Positions 40,038 through 43,263 of a stretch of DNA of 43,263 nt are shown here, one piece after another. How positions within the stretch are numbered: the first letter of the stretch is position 1; each line of letters opens with the position of its first letter. The notes beneath the pieces were generated by a model. The model was not told the DNA's origin. It made no database searches and worked only from the letters and a program-made list of their open reading frames with translations. The position numbers and the translations under genes were made by a program. Origin of the DNA: a virus; the IMG/VR virus record IMGVR_UViG_3300029351_000004, positions 1 to 43,263 of that record; one strand, given 5' to 3'.

Positions 40038-41945
40038 CTATCCTCGCGCTTCTCCCACATCGAAGCTCCGCTCCAAGGTCCTCACGATGCACACACCCTC
40101 GCCGGAAAGCCGGAGCTCCATCCTGTCGCAGCGTGTGGGCCGCAGAGGCACTGCGAACACCCTACGGCGTCCCGCCGGCGAGAGCCAGACCTGCCGCCAT
40201 TGCCCGCCGTCGGTTCTAGTCTCCACCCGTACCCAGGCCCCTTCTTCCAGCTCCAGGCGCAGCGTCAGGCGGGTATACCGCTTCTTCCCCAGCGCCTGCT
40301 CGGTAAGCGGGTTGAGCCGGGCGCTCCACACCCCGGAGAAGTCCCCCTCTCCGCAGAGAAACACCGTGTCTCCCGCCAGGTAGTGCGCCTTTCCATCCAC
40401 CGTGGCGAACTGTATGGCGTGGGTCTCGTCCTCCCGCAGCCACACACCGCTCTGGATATCATAGGAAAAGAAGCCCCAGTTTCCCTCCTCATCCATCATG
40501 GAGAGATAATACCGCGCCCCGTCGCTGCCCCCCGCCGCCTGCGCAAAGCGCCGGTTCCCAAAGCACTCGGAAATACATACCGGCGTCCCGCCGGTATAGG
40601 CGAATACCCCCGTCACGCCTTTGTAGTACAGCACTTCGTTGACCGTGCACAGGGACCTGTGGCTGCCCTTCTGCACGCCCCAGAAGCGCAGCGTATTCAT
40701 CTGGTAGTTTTTAGGGCTTGTGCCCAACAGCTTGTGCACGCAGTTTTCCTTGAAAAACAGCGCCCCGGAAGAATAGCCGATGCACCCGGTAAAGGGCCCC
40801 TCCGTCCCGACAGCCACGGCGTAGCCGTCGGTGGACAGCCCGTCATAGACGTAGAAATTCCCAGGGTCCCCCAGAGCCGAGGCATAAATGGTCGTCCCAC
40901 AGCAGCCCCACAGGCGGTTGTCCACTTCACAGATATACTCCAGATCCGGCACAGGCCGCTTTACCGTCACCGTCCCCGCCTCGCTGCCGGAGGAAAAAAT
41001 GCCGCTGTCAAACGTGAGCGTGGTGTCGGACACCTCGCGGATGACCGCGGACTTGTTGTTCCCTTTCAGCGTCGTGCATCCGGTGATCTCTATGCCGTCC
41101 CCCTTTTTGAATACCGCGGTGAACAGCACGTTGCTGCTGGCCCCATCGTAGAGCTGGGCCGTCACCTCCCAGTACTCCGCGTTTTCTCCCGCCTCGTAGC
41201 TGGTGGCCGTGATGACCCCGTATACGCCATTCTGGTTCTCCGGCTCGTATGGATCCGTGGAGAACTGGAGCGGCAGATAGTAGTTTCCATACTCGTTCAC
41301 ACTGGGGATGATGTACTTCCCCTTCAGCTTGTCCGGCGCGTTCTCGCCGGCAATGGCCGTTCCCTGCGCCTCCTGAGCCGTCCCCTTCACCCAGGCCCCG
41401 TTTTGCCAGACAGGGGCGCTGTCATAGTACCGCAGCTTGATCCGGTAGGGGGAGGAGTAGTTCCGGCCGTAACGTTCCGTCACCTCGTCCATCTTTGGGT
41501 TTGGGCTGAACTGCAAGGTATTTTCCGTAAAGACGGCGGAGTGCTCCAAAGCGGTGAGAGACGCCTCCAGCTCCCCAAATTCCCTGCTCTCCAGGTCAAA
41601 GTACCGCTTATCAGGGAAAATGCACAGTTTGGTATTGACCACGGACATCTCCTTGGCCCCCGGTATGACCGTACCCACCTTTTCTCCATCGTAGAGAAAG
41701 TCCGTCCCGTCCACCACGCACAGCTTTTCCCGCGCGAAGATCGCCGTTGGGTCCAGGTAGGTTCCGTATACCCCACGTCCTCCCCGTTGGCCCAGGGCCG
41801 GGTAGCGCCCGGCGGAGAGTCCCCGGCTGTCCGCCAGGGTCCCCTCGTCCGGTTCCTGCCGCCAGTCCAGTCCGCCGAAGACGATGATATCCCGCTCCGT
41901 CCTCCCCTTTGTCACCGGCACCTTTGGCAACTGCATAAACCTCAC
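40038..41945 (-). CDS. Tail hub / packaged-DNA-stabilisation (P22 gp10-like) protein candidate (635 aa; alternative start ATG 41936)
   Basis: The N-terminus MQLPKVPVTKG... and the C-terminal R-rich strand pattern loosely recall P22 gp10. Its position after an adaptor-sized gene and before a coiled-coil gene fits the same order. Confidence 0.45.
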   Translation of the reverse strand: MRFMQLPKVPVTKGRTERDIIVFGGLDWRQEPDEGTLADSRGLSAGRYPALGQRGGRGVYGTYLDPTAIFAREKLCVVDGTDFLYDGEKVGTVIPGAKEMSVVNTKLCIFPDKRYFDLESREFGELEASLTALEHSAVFTENTLQFSPNPKMDEVTERYGRNYSSPYRIKLRYYDSAPVWQNGAWVKGTAQEAQGTAIAGENAPDKLKGKYIIPSVNEYGNYYLPLQFSTDPYEPENQNGVYGVITATSYEAGENAEYWEVTAQLYDGASSNVLFTAVFKKGDGIEITGCTTLKGNNKSAVIREVSDTTLTFDSGIFSSGSEAGTVTVKRPVPDLEYICEVDNRLWGCCGTTIYASALGDPGNFYVYDGLSTDGYAVAVGTEGPFTGCIGYSSGALFFKENCVHKLLGTSPKNYQMNTLRFWGVQKGSHRSLCTVNEVLYYKGVTGVFAYTGGTPVCISECFGNRRFAQAAGGSDGARYYLSMMDEEGNWGFFSYDIQSGVWLREDETHAIQFATVDGKAHYLAGDTVFLCGEGDFSGVWSARLNPLTEQALGKKRYTRLTLRLELEEGAWVRVETRTDGGQWRQVWLSPAGRRRVFAVPLRPTRCDRMELRLSGEGVCIVRTLERSFDVGEARG

Positions 41946-42017
41946 GCCTTTCTGTCACGCGTCCTGCTCCCGGGCGCTCCGCGCTGTCACGCTCCGAAGC
42001 CTCCGCCGCGCTCGGCT

Positions 42018-42077
42018 GCTCGTCCCTCCGCGAAAAACACCTTGCGCTTCGCGCAACTGCTTTTTCGTCTGCGGGCC
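42018..42077 (-). repeat. Late-operon intergenic hairpin element, copy 5 of 6 (degenerate)
   Basis: Plus strand reads GCTCGTCCCTCCGCGAAAAACACCTTGCGC-TTC-GCGCAACTGCTTTTTCGTCTGCGGGCC. Confidence 0.5.
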
Positions 42078-42114
42078 TCACTGCCTCCCTGCTCCGGCTT
42101 CTCCGCGTTTCTCA

Positions 42115-42480
42115 TCACATCAGATTTTTATAGTACCCGTCGCGCTGCGGCATATGGCCTCTCCGATAAGCCCGCTTCCACTCCCCTATGGCGGCCTCCG
42201 CCATAGCCTGAGAATTGGCGTACTGGTCCCACTCGCGGTTGTGAAAGTCCATCATGGCGCAGAGATACAGGTCGTAAAGATTGTCGTATGTAGCCGGGAC
42301 CATCAGGGGCTTGTCTCCGTCCTCCGGCCAGGACTCCGGCGGTTTCTCCCCCTGCTCTTCCATCACTTCACGGTAGAGTTTCCCGTCCAGTTCTATGAGC
42401 CATCTGGCCTTCTCCTCTTCCTCCCAGGCGTTCTCCACCGCCCGGTCCACCCGTTCGATCACTTCCCGGATACTTGCCAT
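42115..42480 (-). CDS. Hypothetical protein (121 aa), head-to-tail adaptor candidate by position
   Basis: Track ORF. The call rests on position and size only. Confidence 0.4.
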   Translation of the reverse strand: MASIREVIERVDRAVENAWEEEEKARWLIELDGKLYREVMEEQGEKPPESWPEDGDKPLMVPATYDNLYDLYLCAMMDFHNREWDQYANSQAMAEAAIGEWKRAYRRGHMPQRDGYYKNLM

Positions 42481-42548
42481 ATCGTCTCGTCCTCGCTTTC
42501 TCCGTATCGTTCGCCCCGCCCTTTCGGGCGGGGCTCATTCACTCCGAA

Positions 42549-42597
42549 GCTCGTCCTCTCCCCAGCAAGGGCGCGCGCCCTTGCTGGGGCCCCTTTT
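42549..42597 (-). repeat. Late-operon intergenic hairpin element, copy 6 of 6 (best exemplar)
   Basis: Plus strand reads GCTCGTCCTCTCCCCAGCAAGGGCG-CG-CGCCCTTGCTGGGGCCCCTTTT. Confidence 0.75.
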
Positions 42598-42601
42598 CTG
42601 C

Positions 42602-42895
42602 TCAACTTATCATCTGCGCCGCGATGAACCCCAGCGCCCCGGAGACGGCCAGCCAAATGAGCTTGTCCACGATACCGTCCCAGCGCTTGGCGGGCTTCTC
42701 GGTGAGGGCCTTCACGTCGGTCTTGATCTCCTTCACGTCGGTCTCCACCGTCTTCTGCCGTGTCGCCAACACCTCCACGGATGACACCAGTTTGTCCAGG
42801 TTGTCCTGTCGCTCCTCCACCTTGTCCAGCCGGTGGGTGTTCGATTTGCTCCGCTGCTCGATTTCGGCCACCTTGACCGCGATGTCCTCCGCCAT
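42602..42895 (-). CDS. xhlA: XhlA-like lysis-associated membrane protein (97 aa)
   Basis: N-terminal coiled coil plus a single C-terminal TM segment (LIWLAVSGALGFIAAQMI). It lies adjacent to the holin, as in PBSX-type lysis cassettes. Confidence 0.65.
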   Translation of the reverse strand: MAEDIAVKVAEIEQRSKSNTHRLDKVEERQDNLDKLVSSVEVLATRQKTVETDVKEIKTDVKALTEKPAKRWDGIVDKLIWLAVSGALGFIAAQMIS

Positions 42896-42898
42896 GGC

Positions 42899-43147
42899 TT
42901 ACTCCTCCCTGGCCCTGATTTCGTCCTTCAGGGCGTCCCCCGCAAGGGCGGCCTGTGTAAAGCTGTTGTTCTTCCACCACGCCGCCAGGGAGGCGGCGAT
43001 GGTCCAGCCGGTGGCGATGAGGGTGTTGACGTCCTCGTCCGCGATGGGGATGGTCTGGACGCCCAGCATGCTCAGCACCTGGTTGACCAGGGCCAGCAGC
43101 AGTACAACGGTCCGGGCAATCGTGCCCGCGCTGATCTTGTTGGTCAT
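42899..43147 (-). CDS. Holin (82 aa, two TM segments, phiLC3/SPP1-type)
   Basis: GTIARTVVLLLALVNQVLSMLG, IATGWTIAASLAAWWKNNSFTQAA and a charged tail. It lies directly downstream of the endolysin. Confidence 0.8.
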   Translation of the reverse strand: MTNKISAGTIARTVVLLLALVNQVLSMLGVQTIPIADEDVNTLIATGWTIAASLAAWWKNNSFTQAALAGDALKDEIRAREE

Positions 43148-43164
43148 GATAAGTACTCCTCTCC

Positions 43165-43263
43165 TAGTTTGCCGCGGCCAGCTTTTGCAGCAGGTCCGCG
43201 CCGTATCGGTACGCCTCCAGGTAGTCCATGGTCTCCTCGGCCAGCCCGAAGCGCGCCTGTACC
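43165..43263. repeat. Exact 99-nt duplicate of positions 1-99 (circular-closure overlap)
   Basis: Base-by-base identity read directly (tagtttgccgcggccagc...gcgcgcctgtacc). It carries the 3' end of the endolysin CDS. Confidence 0.97.

Noticed and set aside
42509-42543. Hammerhead-ribozyme-like string on the minus strand: GUGAAUGAG-[CCCCGCCC GAAA GGGCGGGG]-CGAAC.
   Set aside because: The core deviates from CUGAnGA…GAAA: it has an extra A, and GAAC replaces GAAA. I could not find stems I and III or a cleavage-site triplet. It is best treated as the second hairpin of the intergenic module. A covariance-model search would settle it.

Overview
The first 99 nt (1-99) are identical to the last 99 nt (43165-43263). 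The window is therefore one circularly closed phage genome of about 43.16 kb, and the endolysin gene runs across the junction. No searches were run. All family names below come from motifs I read in the translations, and most start codons were re-picked by eye from RBS context.

Almost everything is on the minus strand, in one long early-to-late transcription direction:
- **Early and replication genes (25.8 kb down to 13 kb):** DUF2800-type nuclease, DUF2815-type SSB, family A DNA polymerase, primase/VirE helicase, VRR-NUC and SNF2 helicase. An iteron-rich putative origin lies at 16.46-16.69 kb.
- **Head genes:** small and large terminase, portal, a Prp-like cysteine protease, scaffold and an N4-gp56-like major capsid protein.
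- **Fibres and lysis:** two fibre genes with XkdW/XkdX-like small genes between them, then endolysin, holin and XhlA.
- **Tail and ejection block (across the junction):** a P22-like set of adaptor, hub, coiled-coil plug, a 469-aa protein and a 2245-aa multi-domain protein. I recognise no tail tube, sheath or tape-measure gene, so podovirus-like morphology is my inference.

A visibly lower-GC island (about 25.86-31.4 kb) holds the lysogeny and accessory functions: divergent XRE regulators with readable promoters and an operator, a large serine integrase, and several morons.

The observations most worth follow-up are:
1. A solitary type I-C-like CRISPR repeat with no array or cas genes, a candidate RNA anti-CRISPR.
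2. A proteasome/HslV-like Ntn-hydrolase gene set antisense between the cro-like gene and the early operon.
3. A consensus promoter, structured leader and NYN-domain RNase next to the integrase.
4. A membrane-anchored Cys-motif protein split by one in-frame TAG.
5. Six related hairpin elements in the late-operon intergenic regions.
6. A Prp-type protease paired with a shared N-terminal motif on scaffold and capsid.
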